Shown: positions 1 through 9,189, counted from the first letter of the stretch. The stretch is 60,252 nucleotides of DNA from Planctomycetales bacterium (GCA_005239725.1 SBBM01000023.1:1-60252); one strand, 5' to 3'. Translations and numbers: made by a program. Notes: generated by a model not told the origin, from the sequence alone.

Positions 1-76
1 GCTGAGAAAGCTTTAAAGGATTGCGAAAGATTCCTTGAATATACCAAAACAAAACTGCCAAAATAATAAGGATTAT

Positions 77-1513
77 ATGAATTGCGCAATTTACACTAGA
101 GTCTCTACCGACAATCAAGCCGAAGTAGAATTCAACTCTTGTCAGGCCCAAGAAGAAAAAATAAAATCATTTATAAATAGCCAAGAAAACCTTTTGGTCT
201 TTAAGGTATATAGTGACGCGGGGTTTAGCGGCGCAAACTTAGAAAGGCCTGCCCCCCAGGAAATGCCAAGAGATGTGCAGGAAAACAAGATCGATACAAT
301 TATCGTCTATAAGATAGACCGGCTCACGCGCTTGCCAAAAGATTTTTATGCTTTAATGGATATTTTTGAACAATATAAGGTAGATTTTCTTTCCATAACG
401 GAAAGATTTGATACCTCTACCCCATCTGGCCGCTTACTTCGTAACATTATGCTTACTTTTGCCCAGTTTGAGCGGGAGCTTATCAACGAAAGAACTAAAG
501 ACAAGCTTTTAGAGCGGGCGCAAAAAGGTATGTGGAACGGTGGCGGCATTCCTTTTGGTTATAAGGTTGTTGATAAACGATTAGTGCCGGATGAGCAAAA
601 AGCGCAAAAATTAACTGAAATTTTTGCGCTTTTTTCCGAAACCGGCTCATTAGCTAAAACATACCGCATCTTAAAAACCAAGAAAGTTTTTAATGATAAA
701 GGGCAACCTTTTAGCAAAACTCATCTACAACATGTACTAAGAAATATTACCTATGCCGCCGGAAAACTTAGATACGCCGGCAAAATTTATCAAGGCTTGC
801 ATCAACCGCTTATCTTGGATGATCTGTTTAATTATGTCCAGACGTTATTCCATGAGAAACAGCAAAAGCGATCAGTATACAAAAATCGCCTTCTTGCCGG
901 ATTAGTCCGATGCGCTGAATGCGATTCAATAATGACACCGACGCATACAAACAAAAAACCTAGGCAGCAGTACCATTACTACAGATGCACAAAAACATAC
1001 AGGCAAGATTGGAATGTTTGCGCTACACAACAGGTTAGCGCTGATAGGCTGGAACAACTGATAATAGAGAATCTCAAAAGAGTTTCTTTAGATAACAATT
1101 ATATTGATAGTTTGATTTTCAAGCTTAATTTTGATGGCTTGCGTGCTCACCAGGGACTCGAACCATCGGCATCATGCTCTCCCATTGACCCAAAAACAGT
1201 CCAGCAGAGCCTTAAAAACTTGGTAGAATACTTAGAAAAGGCAACTAAAATTGACCGGGCTTTAGCCCTTAAAAAATACATTAAAAATATTATTTACTCA
1301 AAAGAAACCATCCAAATAAATATGCTTTGTCCTTCAATAGGTTGCGTTGGACAAAGCATTAAAAATCCCGACCCCCTTTTAAATAGAGCGGTTTGCGGCC
1401 GGGCGGCAGCGGCCGCAAACCACGAAAAATTTCCGTGCTCCCAAACAAAAATGGCTACTCCTAGCAGTAGCCATTCGTTAAACTTGGCTGCCCCGCATGG
1501 ACTCGAACCATGA
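77..1513 (+). CDS. Large serine recombinase (resolvase-type catalytic domain plus recombinase/zinc-ribbon region). The last ~60 codons look like read-through into a hairpin and tRNA-Gln.
   Basis: ORF 35..1513 (TTG). Motifs AIYTRVSTDNQ (catalytic Ser), DRLTR, FAQFERELI, GGIPFGYK, CAECDS...YYRC zinc ribbon, typical C-terminal IKNIIYSKETIQI. AAGGA lies 5 nt before ATG 77. The TGA stop lies inside tRNA-Gln. Confidence 0.85.
   Translation: MNCAIYTRVSTDNQAEVEFNSCQAQEEKIKSFINSQENLLVFKVYSDAGFSGANLERPAPQEMPRDVQENKIDTIIVYKIDRLTRLPKDFYALMDIFEQYKVDFLSITERFDTSTPSGRLLRNIMLTFAQFERELINERTKDKLLERAQKGMWNGGGIPFGYKVVDKRLVPDEQKAQKLTEIFALFSETGSLAKTYRILKTKKVFNDKGQPFSKTHLQHVLRNITYAAGKLRYAGKIYQGLHQPLILDDLFNYVQTLFHEKQQKRSVYKNRLLAGLVRCAECDSIMTPTHTNKKPRQQYHYYRCTKTYRQDWNVCATQQVSADRLEQLIIENLKRVSLDNNYIDSLIFKLNFDGLRAHQGLEPSASCSPIDPKTVQQSLKNLVEYLEKATKIDRALALKKYIKNIIYSKETIQINMLCPSIGCVGQSIKNPDPLLNRAVCGRAAAAANHEKFPCSQTKMATPSSSHSLNLAAPHGLEP
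1322..1359. repeat. Perfect 11-bp inverted repeat ATGCTTTGTCC-N16-GGACAAAGCAT, located where recombinase-like coding signal ends
   Basis: Read directly. Could be a recombinase binding or att-like site, or just a hairpin. Confidence 0.4.
1391..1420 (-). terminator. GC-rich hairpin (GTTTGCGGCC / GGCCGCAAAC) about 65 nt downstream of the tRNA-Gln 3' end
   Basis: 10-11 bp perfect stem with 8-nt loop, followed on the minus strand by CGCTCTATTT. It lies inside the recombinase ORF extension. Confidence 0.4.
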
Positions 1514-1559
1514 TAGTCAGATCCAGAATCTGAAGTCCTACCGATTAGACGACAGGGCA
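1485..1559 (-). tRNA. tRNA-Gln (anticodon CUG), CCA encoded
   Basis: Minus strand: acceptor TGCCCTG/CGGGGCA (U1-A72), D arm GTCT..GGAC, anticodon arm TCAGA-TTCTGGA-TCTGA, T arm CATGG-TTCGAGT-CCATG, G-CCA tail. 75 nt. Confidence 0.85.
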
Positions 1560-1573
1560 AATCTATTACTTTC

Positions 1574-1753
1574 TTACCAAAGATTCTTCCTCATCCAAGT
1601 GTCGGCTTTCTTAATCCCTTCCCAGGTATTCTTTACATCCTTGGGCATGCCTTCTGCCACGCCGGTTACAATACCCTTGGTAGTTTCGCAACCTCCGACT
1701 AAAACAATAAAGGAAAGCAAAACAGATAACAGCACTATCTTTTTTGCAAACAT
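1574..1753 (-). CDS. Small lipoprotein, entericidin-like (59 aa, below the ORF-track cutoff)
   Basis: GGAGG lies 4 nt before the ATG. Sequence MFAKKIVLLSVLLSFIVLVGGCETTKGIVTG... has a signal peptide and lipobox VGGC. C-E-T-T-K-G resembles the entericidin C-N-T-x-R-G. Confidence 0.55.
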   Translation of the reverse strand: MFAKKIVLLSVLLSFIVLVGGCETTKGIVTGVAEGMPKDVKNTWEGIKKADTWMRKNLW

Positions 1754-1794
1754 CCTGCCTCCTTCCGCAATGGGCGGAACACCGGCCGATCCGA

Positions 1795-3102
1795 TTAGAC
1801 CGGGCGTTTAATAAATTTACTCAATCGCTCTTTCGTGCGCTCTTTGCCTAAATAATAAATTACTTCGAATAGCCCCGGGCCGATAGTCTTTCCGGTAAGC
1901 GCCACCCTTATCGGATGAATTAATACTTTTGCCTCAATATTCAGCTCTTTAACCATCTGCCGAAAGGCCTCTTCGATAGTAAGTATATCAAATGTATCCA
2001 GGTCGTCTAGCCTTTCGATAAATAACTTAAATTCTTTTGACAAATCCCTGGTTAAAAACTTCTTTTCTGCTGCCGGGTCTATGGGGACTTCTTTTAAAAA
2101 GAAAAAATCCGCCCAATCCAGGAAATCATTCAGCACGGTCAGGCGAGCCTGGAATAATTTTACCAGACTGACCACATAATTTCTATCAAAATTCTCCTTA
2201 TCGATATAGTCTTTTTCTGCCAGGGCCGGAATCAGTTCATCGGCCAATCTTTCCGGGTCTTCTTTCTTAAGATACTGATTATTCATCCAGTCAAGTTTAT
2301 CCAGGTCCAATACTGCGGCAGTCTTATTGATATTCTTCACATCAAATAATTTGATAGCCTCATTAATATCAATTACTTCCCGGTTCTCGCCCGGGGCCCA
2401 CCCTAAAAGCAAGAGGAAATTAACCAGTGCCGCGGAAAGATATCCCATTTGGCGGTATTCGGATATCGCGGTTGCCCCCTTTCTTTTGGAGAGCCTGCCG
2501 CCTGCCTTGGCTAATATTAAAGGCAGGTGCGCAAAATAAGGGACGGGTAAACCGAGGGCCTGATAAAGAAGAAATTGCTTGGGAGTATTAGAAATATGGT
2601 CATCACCCCTAATAACGTGGGTAATATCCATAGTATAATCATCTACCACGCAAGCGAAGTTGTATGTAGGCGTTCCATCAGACTTTATCAAGACCTGATC
2701 TTTAATTGTCGAGGTGTCAAATTGGATCTTACCCCGGATTAGATCATCTATAGTTATACTACCCGGTGTAACTTTATAAATAATGGCTTCGCCGGACTTA
2801 CCTTCTAGTTTTTGCGTATATGCCTTGCCATCTTTTAAAAGTCGCTGGGCATATTCCTGATAAAGATTAAATCTCTGGCTCTGATAATAAATCTCATCCC
2901 ACTCAAACCCCAGCCACTTCATACTGTCCAATATTTCATCCAGGTATTCTTTCTTTGAACGCGCGCTATCGGTGTCTTCTATCCTTAAAATAAATTTCCC
3001 GCCTTTGGCCCTGGCGTAAAGCCAGTTAAAAAGCGCGGTGCGGGAACCTCCTATATGTAGATACCCTGTGGGGCTGGGAGCGAAGCGAACCCTTATCACC
3101 AT
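1795..3102 (-). CDS. gltX: Glutamyl-tRNA synthetase
   Basis: VRFAPSPTGYLHIGGSRTALFNW (HIGH motif), RLSKRKG (KMSKS-like), RGDDHISNTPKQ. Confidence 0.9.
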   Translation of the reverse strand: MVIRVRFAPSPTGYLHIGGSRTALFNWLYARAKGGKFILRIEDTDSARSKKEYLDEILDSMKWLGFEWDEIYYQSQRFNLYQEYAQRLLKDGKAYTQKLEGKSGEAIIYKVTPGSITIDDLIRGKIQFDTSTIKDQVLIKSDGTPTYNFACVVDDYTMDITHVIRGDDHISNTPKQFLLYQALGLPVPYFAHLPLILAKAGGRLSKRKGATAISEYRQMGYLSAALVNFLLLLGWAPGENREVIDINEAIKLFDVKNINKTAAVLDLDKLDWMNNQYLKKEDPERLADELIPALAEKDYIDKENFDRNYVVSLVKLFQARLTVLNDFLDWADFFFLKEVPIDPAAEKKFLTRDLSKEFKLFIERLDDLDTFDILTIEEAFRQMVKELNIEAKVLIHPIRVALTGKTIGPGLFEVIYYLGKERTKERLSKFIKRPV

Positions 3103-3147
3103 CCACCTCTTTGTGAGCGTAGTCCTGAGCGCAGCCGAAAGACAAAC

Positions 3148-3690
3148 CTAACTCTTATCATTTATTAATCCTATTCCTGCGCATAGCGCCTTCCGGTTAA
3201 TCTCAATTAAATCCTTTTTCCCCTGCGGCGCCATATCCTTAATTACCCGCAAAATATTTTTTTTATCCAGGACCTTCTTTCCGGCGATAAAAGCGCCTAA
3301 AGCCACTACATTGGCAACTTTGACATTGCCTAATTTTAAAGCCGTGCCTGTAAAAGGCAGGCCCATAATACGCGCCTTAGCGCTTACCTTCCCGGTAACT
3401 AAAGAACTGTTAAAGAGCAATAACCCGTTTTCTTTAAGCCTTGGCTTAAACCGCGATAACGATAGGCCATTCATGGCAATCAAGGTATCGGCCTTTTCCA
3501 CATAAGGCGAGCCGATTTTGCGGTCGGATATTATTACCATACAATAGGCGCTACCTCCGCGCACTTCTGCCCCGTAAGCAGGGAGCCAGGTAACTTCCCT
3601 GCCTTCTCTTAATGCGCCTTGAGCCAGGATTTTTCCGAGAAGCATTATACCGTGCCCGCCTGCGCCGGCAATTATAATCTTTTCTCTCAT
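3148..3690 (-). CDS. 2-oxoacid:ferredoxin oxidoreductase, gamma subunit
   Basis: 180 aa. IIIAGAGGHGIMLLGKIL N-terminus. Operon context with the alpha, beta and delta subunits. Confidence 0.8.
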   Translation of the reverse strand: MREKIIIAGAGGHGIMLLGKILAQGALREGREVTWLPAYGAEVRGGSAYCMVIISDRKIGSPYVEKADTLIAMNGLSLSRFKPRLKENGLLLFNSSLVTGKVSAKARIMGLPFTGTALKLGNVKVANVVALGAFIAGKKVLDKKNILRVIKDMAPQGKKDLIEINRKALCAGIGLINDKS

Positions 3691-4415
3691 TTAATTCTCC
3701 TCAGCGGGAATTCTTTCGTCATTGTATCCCTTATCCAGGACATCGCCTTTTCAGAGGACATCTCCCAATAGGTCGGGCAGGGAGATAGAATCTCAACCAA
3801 AGAAAAGCCTATATTATCAATCTGGTTCTGGAATGCCTGTTTTATCGCCCTCTTTGATTTCAATATTTCTTGAGGGTTATGCAAAGATACCCGCTCAACA
3901 TATTTTACAGCCGGTAATGTTCCTAATAAAAGGGAGATATTTAAAGGGTACCCCTGGAAGCGGACATCTCTGCCTTTAGGTGTCGTGGCTGTCTTTTGCC
4001 CAAGAAGGGTAGTAGGCGCCATTTGCCCTCCGGTCATCCCGTAAATCGCATTGTTAATAAATATCGCAGTGATGTTTTCCCCGCGATTAGCCGCATGTAT
4101 GGTTTCATTTGTGCCGATAGCCGCCAAATCCCCGTCTCCCTGGTATGTAAACACGATATTATCCGGCCTTACCCTTTTTATAGCCGTTCCCACAGCCAGG
4201 GCGCGGCCATGCGCTGCTTCAGTGCAGTCAAAATTCCAGTAATCATAGGCGACTACCGCGCAGCCAACCGGAGCAACCGCGATGACTTTTTCCCTGATAT
4301 TTAATTCGTCTATTACTTCGGCGATTAAGCGATGGGCTAGGCCATGCCCGCATCCGGCGCAGTAATGCGTAGTTACATTCTTTAAAGATTCCGGACGGCT
4401 AAATATTTTTTTCAT
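3687..4415 (-). CDS. 2-oxoacid:ferredoxin oxidoreductase, beta (TPP-binding) subunit
   Basis: YCAGCGHG, GDGDLAAIGTNE TPP motif. Overlaps its neighbours by 4 and 17 nt. Confidence 0.85.
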   Translation of the reverse strand: MKKIFSRPESLKNVTTHYCAGCGHGLAHRLIAEVIDELNIREKVIAVAPVGCAVVAYDYWNFDCTEAAHGRALAVGTAIKRVRPDNIVFTYQGDGDLAAIGTNETIHAANRGENITAIFINNAIYGMTGGQMAPTTLLGQKTATTPKGRDVRFQGYPLNISLLLGTLPAVKYVERVSLHNPQEILKSKRAIKQAFQNQIDNIGFSLVEILSPCPTYWEMSSEKAMSWIRDTMTKEFPLRRIK

Positions 4416-5478
4416 TGATTTTCCTTATTATCTCTTCTCCCGTCGGAATTCCGCCTCCGCTGTGGCCGATAAATTCGACCTTTGCCTTACCGCAGCAGCT
4501 CAAGCGGACATCGTCCACCATCTGCCCATAAGACATTTCCACAACTAAAAATCTTTTGCGCTGGTCGGCTTTTCCGGTGAACCGGTGAAAAACTTTTTTA
4601 GGAAACGGCCATAAACTTATGGGGCGTACCAGGCCTATTTTTTTGCCCTTTTCCCTTAAATTATCAACTACGTCACGGCAAACCCGGGCCATTGTCCCAT
4701 AAGCAACCAGAATAATTTCAGCATCATCTAAAAATGATTCCTCCCAACGTTGCTCGTTTTCTTCAATTTCTTTATATTTTTTCTGCAACTTGAGATTAAA
4801 CTCTTCCAATGCCCCCTCTTTCATGTAAAAAGATTTTATTACGTTCGGCTTTCTGCCTTTACACCCTGTCAGCGCCCATGGTTTTTTGTAATTTTGGATT
4901 TTAGATTCTGGGTTACGGACTTTTTTGAGGGGCTCCATCATCTGGCCTAAAGTTCCGTCGCCCAGGACAATCACGGGATTACGATACTTGTCCGCCAAGT
5001 TAAAAGCCAAAAACATAAGGTTGTATGCTTCTTCCACAGAAGAGGGGGCAAGGACAATAGAATGATAATCTCCGTGCCCTCCTCCGCGGGTAGCCTGGAA
5101 ATAATCCGACTGGGCAGGGGCAATGTTGCCTAAACCTGGTCCGCCGCGCATCATATTTACAATAACTGCCGGCAGCTCTGCCCCGGCGATATAAGAAATC
5201 CCTTCCTGTTTGAGGCTCATGCCCGGGCTGGAAGATGATGTCATTGCCCTTTTCCCTGCGGCTGAGGCGCCAAAGACCATATTAATTGCCGCTAATTCCG
5301 ACTCCGCCTGAATAAATACCCGGTTTAATTGCCCGCTTCGGGCAGGCATATGTTTCGCCATATAGGCAATCAATTCATTCTGCGGGGTAATGGGGTAAGC
5401 GGCATAAAATTGGCATCCTGCCTGTATTGCTCCTTCTGCAACCGCCTCATTGCCGGTCATCAAGATTCGTCTGTTCAT
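4399..5478 (-). CDS. 2-oxoacid:ferredoxin oxidoreductase, alpha subunit
   Basis: 359 aa. MTGNEAVAEGAIQAGC..YPITPQNE N-terminus is typical of Kor/Por/Vor alpha subunits. Confidence 0.85.
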   Translation of the reverse strand: MNRRILMTGNEAVAEGAIQAGCQFYAAYPITPQNELIAYMAKHMPARSGQLNRVFIQAESELAAINMVFGASAAGKRAMTSSSSPGMSLKQEGISYIAGAELPAVIVNMMRGGPGLGNIAPAQSDYFQATRGGGHGDYHSIVLAPSSVEEAYNLMFLAFNLADKYRNPVIVLGDGTLGQMMEPLKKVRNPESKIQNYKKPWALTGCKGRKPNVIKSFYMKEGALEEFNLKLQKKYKEIEENEQRWEESFLDDAEIILVAYGTMARVCRDVVDNLREKGKKIGLVRPISLWPFPKKVFHRFTGKADQRKRFLVVEMSYGQMVDDVRLSCCGKAKVEFIGHSGGGIPTGEEIIRKINEKNI

Positions 5479-5486
5479 TATCGTGA

Positions 5487-5562
5487 AGCGGATAGCGGAT
5501 AGCGGATAGCGGATAGAAAAAATTTGAACCTTCTATACGCTCTACGCTAAACGCTACACGCT
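5487..5562. repeat. Heptamer-periodic palindrome: (AGCGGAT)x4, 14-nt spacer, inverted imperfect (AGCGNNN)x4
   Basis: Four perfect tandem AGCGGAT units at 5487-5514. The partner arm at 5531-5562 reads AGCGTGT AGCGTTT AGCGTAG AGCGTAT on the other strand. It fills the delta-alpha intergenic gap. Confidence 0.9.
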
Positions 5563-5563
5563 A

Positions 5564-5767
5564 TTATTTATACACCTCAATACAGCAGTCCGGGCAGATG
5601 ACCGCGCACATGGCGCACCCCAGACAATTGCCGCCCTTTTTAAACTCTACAAAAGTTATTCCCCGCTTATTCATCTTTGTGCCTGCCTTTATCGCGCCCT
5701 TCGGGCAAACACTAACACACAATAAACATCCCTTGCATTTTTCTTTGTCAATCGTTATCCTTGGCAT
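5564..5767 (-). CDS. 2-oxoacid:ferredoxin oxidoreductase, delta subunit (2x[4Fe-4S] ferredoxin)
   Basis: CKGCLLCVSVCP and CLGCAMCAVICP cluster motifs. 67 aa. Confidence 0.8.
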   Translation of the reverse strand: MPRITIDKEKCKGCLLCVSVCPKGAIKAGTKMNKRGITFVEFKKGGNCLGCAMCAVICPDCCIEVYK

Positions 5768-7599
5768 AAATATTGCTTAATCTTGGCGGAAATCCCTTTT
5801 GAGTCCAGACCGTATTTTTCTAACAATAAACCTCTTTTACCGTGAGTGACAAATTCGCAGGGCAAGCCGATTTTGATTGCCTGCCTATCTATAGCCGCAC
5901 AAACCGCCTCTCCAAAACCGCCGTCTAAAATCCCTTCTTCAAGCGTAAAAATAAATTTTGACTTTGCCGAAATAGCTTTTAATAAATCAACGTCCAACGG
6001 TTTTAAAAACCGGCTGTTGATTAAACCCCCTGAAAACCCTTCTTTTTCCAGCAATTTTATTGCCTCAAGCGCAGGGATAACCATGCTGCCTAAAGCGACT
6101 ATCGCAAAATCCTTTCTTTCTTTTAATAACTCTGATTTCCCCAGTTCAATTTTGGAATTTGGAAATTGGGATTTGTTTGGAATTTTATCCTTGGGATACC
6201 TTATCGCAACCGGCTTATTTAAATTTAACGCGAATTCAAGCATGTCCTCAAGCTCCGGCCCGTCTTTAGGGGCCATTACAATCAGATTAGGGATACCCCT
6301 TAAAAATGTCAGGTCAAATATCCCCTGATGCGTTACCCCGTCTTCTCCCACGACACCTGCGCGGTCAATAGCAAATACTACCCCTAAATTCTGCAATGCC
6401 ACATCCTGGATAATCTGGTCGTAGGCCCTTTGTAAAAAGGTAGAATAAACCGCAACAACGGGCTTAAGGCCGGCGGCAGACAGCCCTGCCGCAAAAGAAA
6501 CCGCATGCTCTTCGGCAATACCGACATCAAAGAACCTCTCCGGGTATAAATCCCGGAATTTATCCAGACCCGTGCCTTCCGGCATGGCCGCGGTTATAGC
6601 AACAATCTTTTCATTTTCTTCGACTAATTCTAATAATTTTTTGCTAAAAACCTCCGTGTAAGTCAGGGAATCTTTAGATAAACCTTCGCCGGTTGTAATC
6701 TCAAAAGGCCCTACCCCATGGAACTTTACCGGGTCGTTTTCTGCCGGCTGATAACCTTTTCCTTTTTTGGTAATGACATGCAGTATGCGCGGGCCCTTGA
6801 TATTAAGTATATTCTTTAATGTCGGCACCAGAATATCCAGGTTGTGCCCGTCGAGTGGCCCGAAATAACGGAATCCTAATTCCTCAAAGAATAGGCCCGG
6901 GACAAATAAACCCTTTAAACCTTCTTCAAATTTATTGGCGATTTTTAAGAGTCTGCTCCCTTTAGGCAGGCGCGCCTGCAACGACTCCCTGAAACGGTTA
7001 TATAAAGGCAAGGAGATTAACTTGTTTAAATAATTGCTTAACGCCCCGACATTGGGGGCGATACTTAATTCGTTGGTATTTAAAATAACCAGTATATCTT
7101 TTTTGAGGTGGCCGGCGTTATTTAAACCTTCAAAACATATTCCGCCGCTTAAAGAGCCATCTCCGATTACTGCCACAACTTTAAAATGCTCTTCTGCCGG
7201 CTTATCGCCCCTGGCACAGGCAAGCCCTAATGCCAGTGATATGGCAGTTGAGCTGTGCCCGGTAGTGAATATATCGTATGCTGACTCCTCCCTGCAGGGG
7301 AATCCGCTTAATCCGCCGTATTGCCTTAAGGTGTCAAACCGTACATTCCTTTCGGTTAAGATCTTATGGGCATAGGCCTGGTGTCCGACGTCAAAAATTA
7401 TCTTGTCGCGCGGCGCATCCAGGCAATAGTGCAGGGCGATTATAATCTCCACTGCCCCCAGGCTTGAGGCAAGGTGACCTCCGGTAGTCGACACTACTTC
7501 GATAATCCGCTGCCTCACTTCTCCGGACAATTGATGCAATTGCTCGAGAGACAGTTTTTTCAGGTCCTGCGGGGAATTTACGGATTCTAAAAGCGTCAT
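5755..7599 (-). CDS. dxs: 1-deoxy-D-xylulose-5-phosphate synthase
   Basis: 614 aa. GGHLASSLG, DVGHQAYAHKILT, IGDGSLSGG TPP motif. Confidence 0.95.
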   Translation of the reverse strand: MTLLESVNSPQDLKKLSLEQLHQLSGEVRQRIIEVVSTTGGHLASSLGAVEIIIALHYCLDAPRDKIIFDVGHQAYAHKILTERNVRFDTLRQYGGLSGFPCREESAYDIFTTGHSSTAISLALGLACARGDKPAEEHFKVVAVIGDGSLSGGICFEGLNNAGHLKKDILVILNTNELSIAPNVGALSNYLNKLISLPLYNRFRESLQARLPKGSRLLKIANKFEEGLKGLFVPGLFFEELGFRYFGPLDGHNLDILVPTLKNILNIKGPRILHVITKKGKGYQPAENDPVKFHGVGPFEITTGEGLSKDSLTYTEVFSKKLLELVEENEKIVAITAAMPEGTGLDKFRDLYPERFFDVGIAEEHAVSFAAGLSAAGLKPVVAVYSTFLQRAYDQIIQDVALQNLGVVFAIDRAGVVGEDGVTHQGIFDLTFLRGIPNLIVMAPKDGPELEDMLEFALNLNKPVAIRYPKDKIPNKSQFPNSKIELGKSELLKERKDFAIVALGSMVIPALEAIKLLEKEGFSGGLINSRFLKPLDVDLLKAISAKSKFIFTLEEGILDGGFGEAVCAAIDRQAIKIGLPCEFVTHGKRGLLLEKYGLDSKGISAKIKQYLCQG

Positions 7600-7841
7600 T
7601 TCTCTTCTTTTTCTTGCGATTCGCTAAACTTATCCAGGGAATATTTGCCGTCTTTTTTCATTAACAATTCCACCTTACGCTGAGCCTCGTTTAATGTCGC
7701 AGAACAACCCTGGGCTAATTTAATGCCCTCTTCGTATTTCTTCAGAGACTCCCCCAGAGTAAGTTTCCCGCTGGCTAATTCTTCCACGATTTTCTGCAGC
7801 TTCCTCATATCCTCTTCGAATAGTTGTTTATCTTTAGCCAT
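7596..7841 (-). CDS. xseB: Exodeoxyribonuclease VII small subunit
   Basis: 81 aa helical protein (FEEDMRKLQKIVEELASGKLTLGESLKKYEEG), directly downstream of xseA. Confidence 0.85.
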   Translation of the reverse strand: MAKDKQLFEEDMRKLQKIVEELASGKLTLGESLKKYEEGIKLAQGCSATLNEAQRKVELLMKKDGKYSLDKFSESQEKEEK

Positions 7842-7932
7842 TGTTTACCTCCTTCAATGAGCGCATAACTTATGTCGCCCTTCGTGCTCCAGGGGGGTAA
7901 ATTCAGACAACCAGTTACGTTCACCTTGTTCC

Positions 7933-9189
7933 TTAACTGGCGTCTTCATTTACCTCCCTGACAGAACTGAGAAAAGAACCTTTGGCCAATATTGTTTTTA
8001 CCGAATCGCCGGGTTTTAATTTGTCTGCCTCTCTGATAATTGCCCCGTCGGGCATAAGCATAGTCAGGCTGTAGCCGCGCGATAATATGGAAAGGGGGCT
8101 TAGGGTCTCTAATTTTTCAATTAAGGATTTGAACTTTTCTTTTAACATATTCAAGAAATGCGCTGCATTTGAATTTAATGCGTTAACCAGCTCATCAAGC
8201 AGCTGCTGCTTTTCCAATAGCCGGTCTAAGGGGCTCTTGAGCATATGCCTTAAAGCCACAAGGCCATGGCGCAGATCAGCAATAAACGTTGAAAGTGAAG
8301 AGTTTAACCTGTATTTATAAGTGTCTATCTGAGCAAGCAGCGCGTTTTTCTTATCCACGATAACCTTGGCTGCGGCTGACGGTGTTTCCACAAATACATC
8401 CGCCACAAGGTCGGAAAGCGTAACGTTTATCTGATGGCCAACGGCAGAAATCGTAGGTATTCTGGAATTATATACTGCCCTGGCAACGGCCTCTTCATTA
8501 AATGACCAGAGGTCTTCGAGGCTACCCCCTCCGCGGCAGATTATGATTACATCCACTTCCTTTCCCGCAAAATGCGGGATCCCGCCCTCACCTTCATTCG
8601 CTTGGCGGGAATATTTATTAAAGTCTTCGATTGCCTCGGCTATCTCCCGCCAGGCGCCCTCGCCTTGCACCCTTACCGAGCGTATCAGGACATCTACGCA
8701 AGGGGCGCCTTTCTTAAGTATCTGCAATATATCCCTCACTGCCGCGCCGGCGCTAGAGGTAACAATGCCAAGCCGAAACGGCATAAGGGGAAGCGGTTTT
8801 TTATGTTCAGGGGCAAACAGGCCCTCTTTAAGCAACCTGGCCTTTAACTGCTCAAAAGCCAACTGCTGCGCGCCCACCCCTTCAGGCTCAATCTTTTCTA
8901 CGATTAACTGGTATTGCCCGCGCGGAGAGTAGACTTCAATCCTGCCGAAGCATATTACCTTAAGCCCGTCTTCAATCTTAAATTTAACTTCGCGATTGGC
9001 GCGGATAAACATCGCCGCTGCCAGGACCGAAGCTTCATCTTTTATGGTAAAATAAAAGTGGCCGGATGTAGCTACTTTAAAATTAGAGACCTCCCCCTCA
9101 ACCCAGACCTCTCTGAATGTGTTCTCTAAAACTACTTTTATATCGCGGGTAATCTCGGATACCGTATAGATGTGCCTGGTTTCTACCAT
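7933..9189 (-). CDS. xseA: Exodeoxyribonuclease VII large subunit, carrying an in-frame palindromic-element insertion
   Basis: OB-fold N-terminus VWVEGEVSNFK, GIVTSSAGAAVRDI, RGGGSLEDLWSFNEE. Confidence 0.9.
   Translation of the reverse strand: MVETRHIYTVSEITRDIKVVLENTFREVWVEGEVSNFKVATSGHFYFTIKDEASVLAAAMFIRANREVKFKIEDGLKVICFGRIEVYSPRGQYQLIVEKIEPEGVGAQQLAFEQLKARLLKEGLFAPEHKKPLPLMPFRLGIVTSSAGAAVRDILQILKKGAPCVDVLIRSVRVQGEGAWREIAEAIEDFNKYSRQANEGEGGIPHFAGKEVDVIIICRGGGSLEDLWSFNEEAVARAVYNSRIPTISAVGHQINVTLSDLVADVFVETPSAAAKVIVDKKNALLAQIDTYKYRLNSSLSTFIADLRHGLVALRHMLKSPLDRLLEKQQLLDELVNALNSNAAHFLNMLKEKFKSLIEKLETLSPLSILSRGYSLTMLMPDGAIIREADKLKPGDSVKTILAKGSFLSSVREVNEDAS
8563..8610 (+). repeat. Double-hairpin palindromic element, 48 nt, inside the xseA coding sequence
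   Basis: TCCCGCA-AAA-TGCGGGA | TCCCGCC-N17-GGCGGGA. Contains GCGGGATCCCGC at 8574-8585. Confidence 0.85.

Noticed and set aside
1497-1811. 104-aa plus-strand ORF
   Set aside because: It starts inside tRNA-Gln and runs antisense to a better-supported lipoprotein ORF that has a strong SD. It has no motif and low-complexity composition.
3125-3139. 15-nt exact repeat CTGAGCGCAGCCGAA, shared with 27545-27559 inside thrS
   Set aside because: One or two exact 15-mer pairs are expected by chance among all position pairs in a 60-kb window. There is no extended similarity around either copy.
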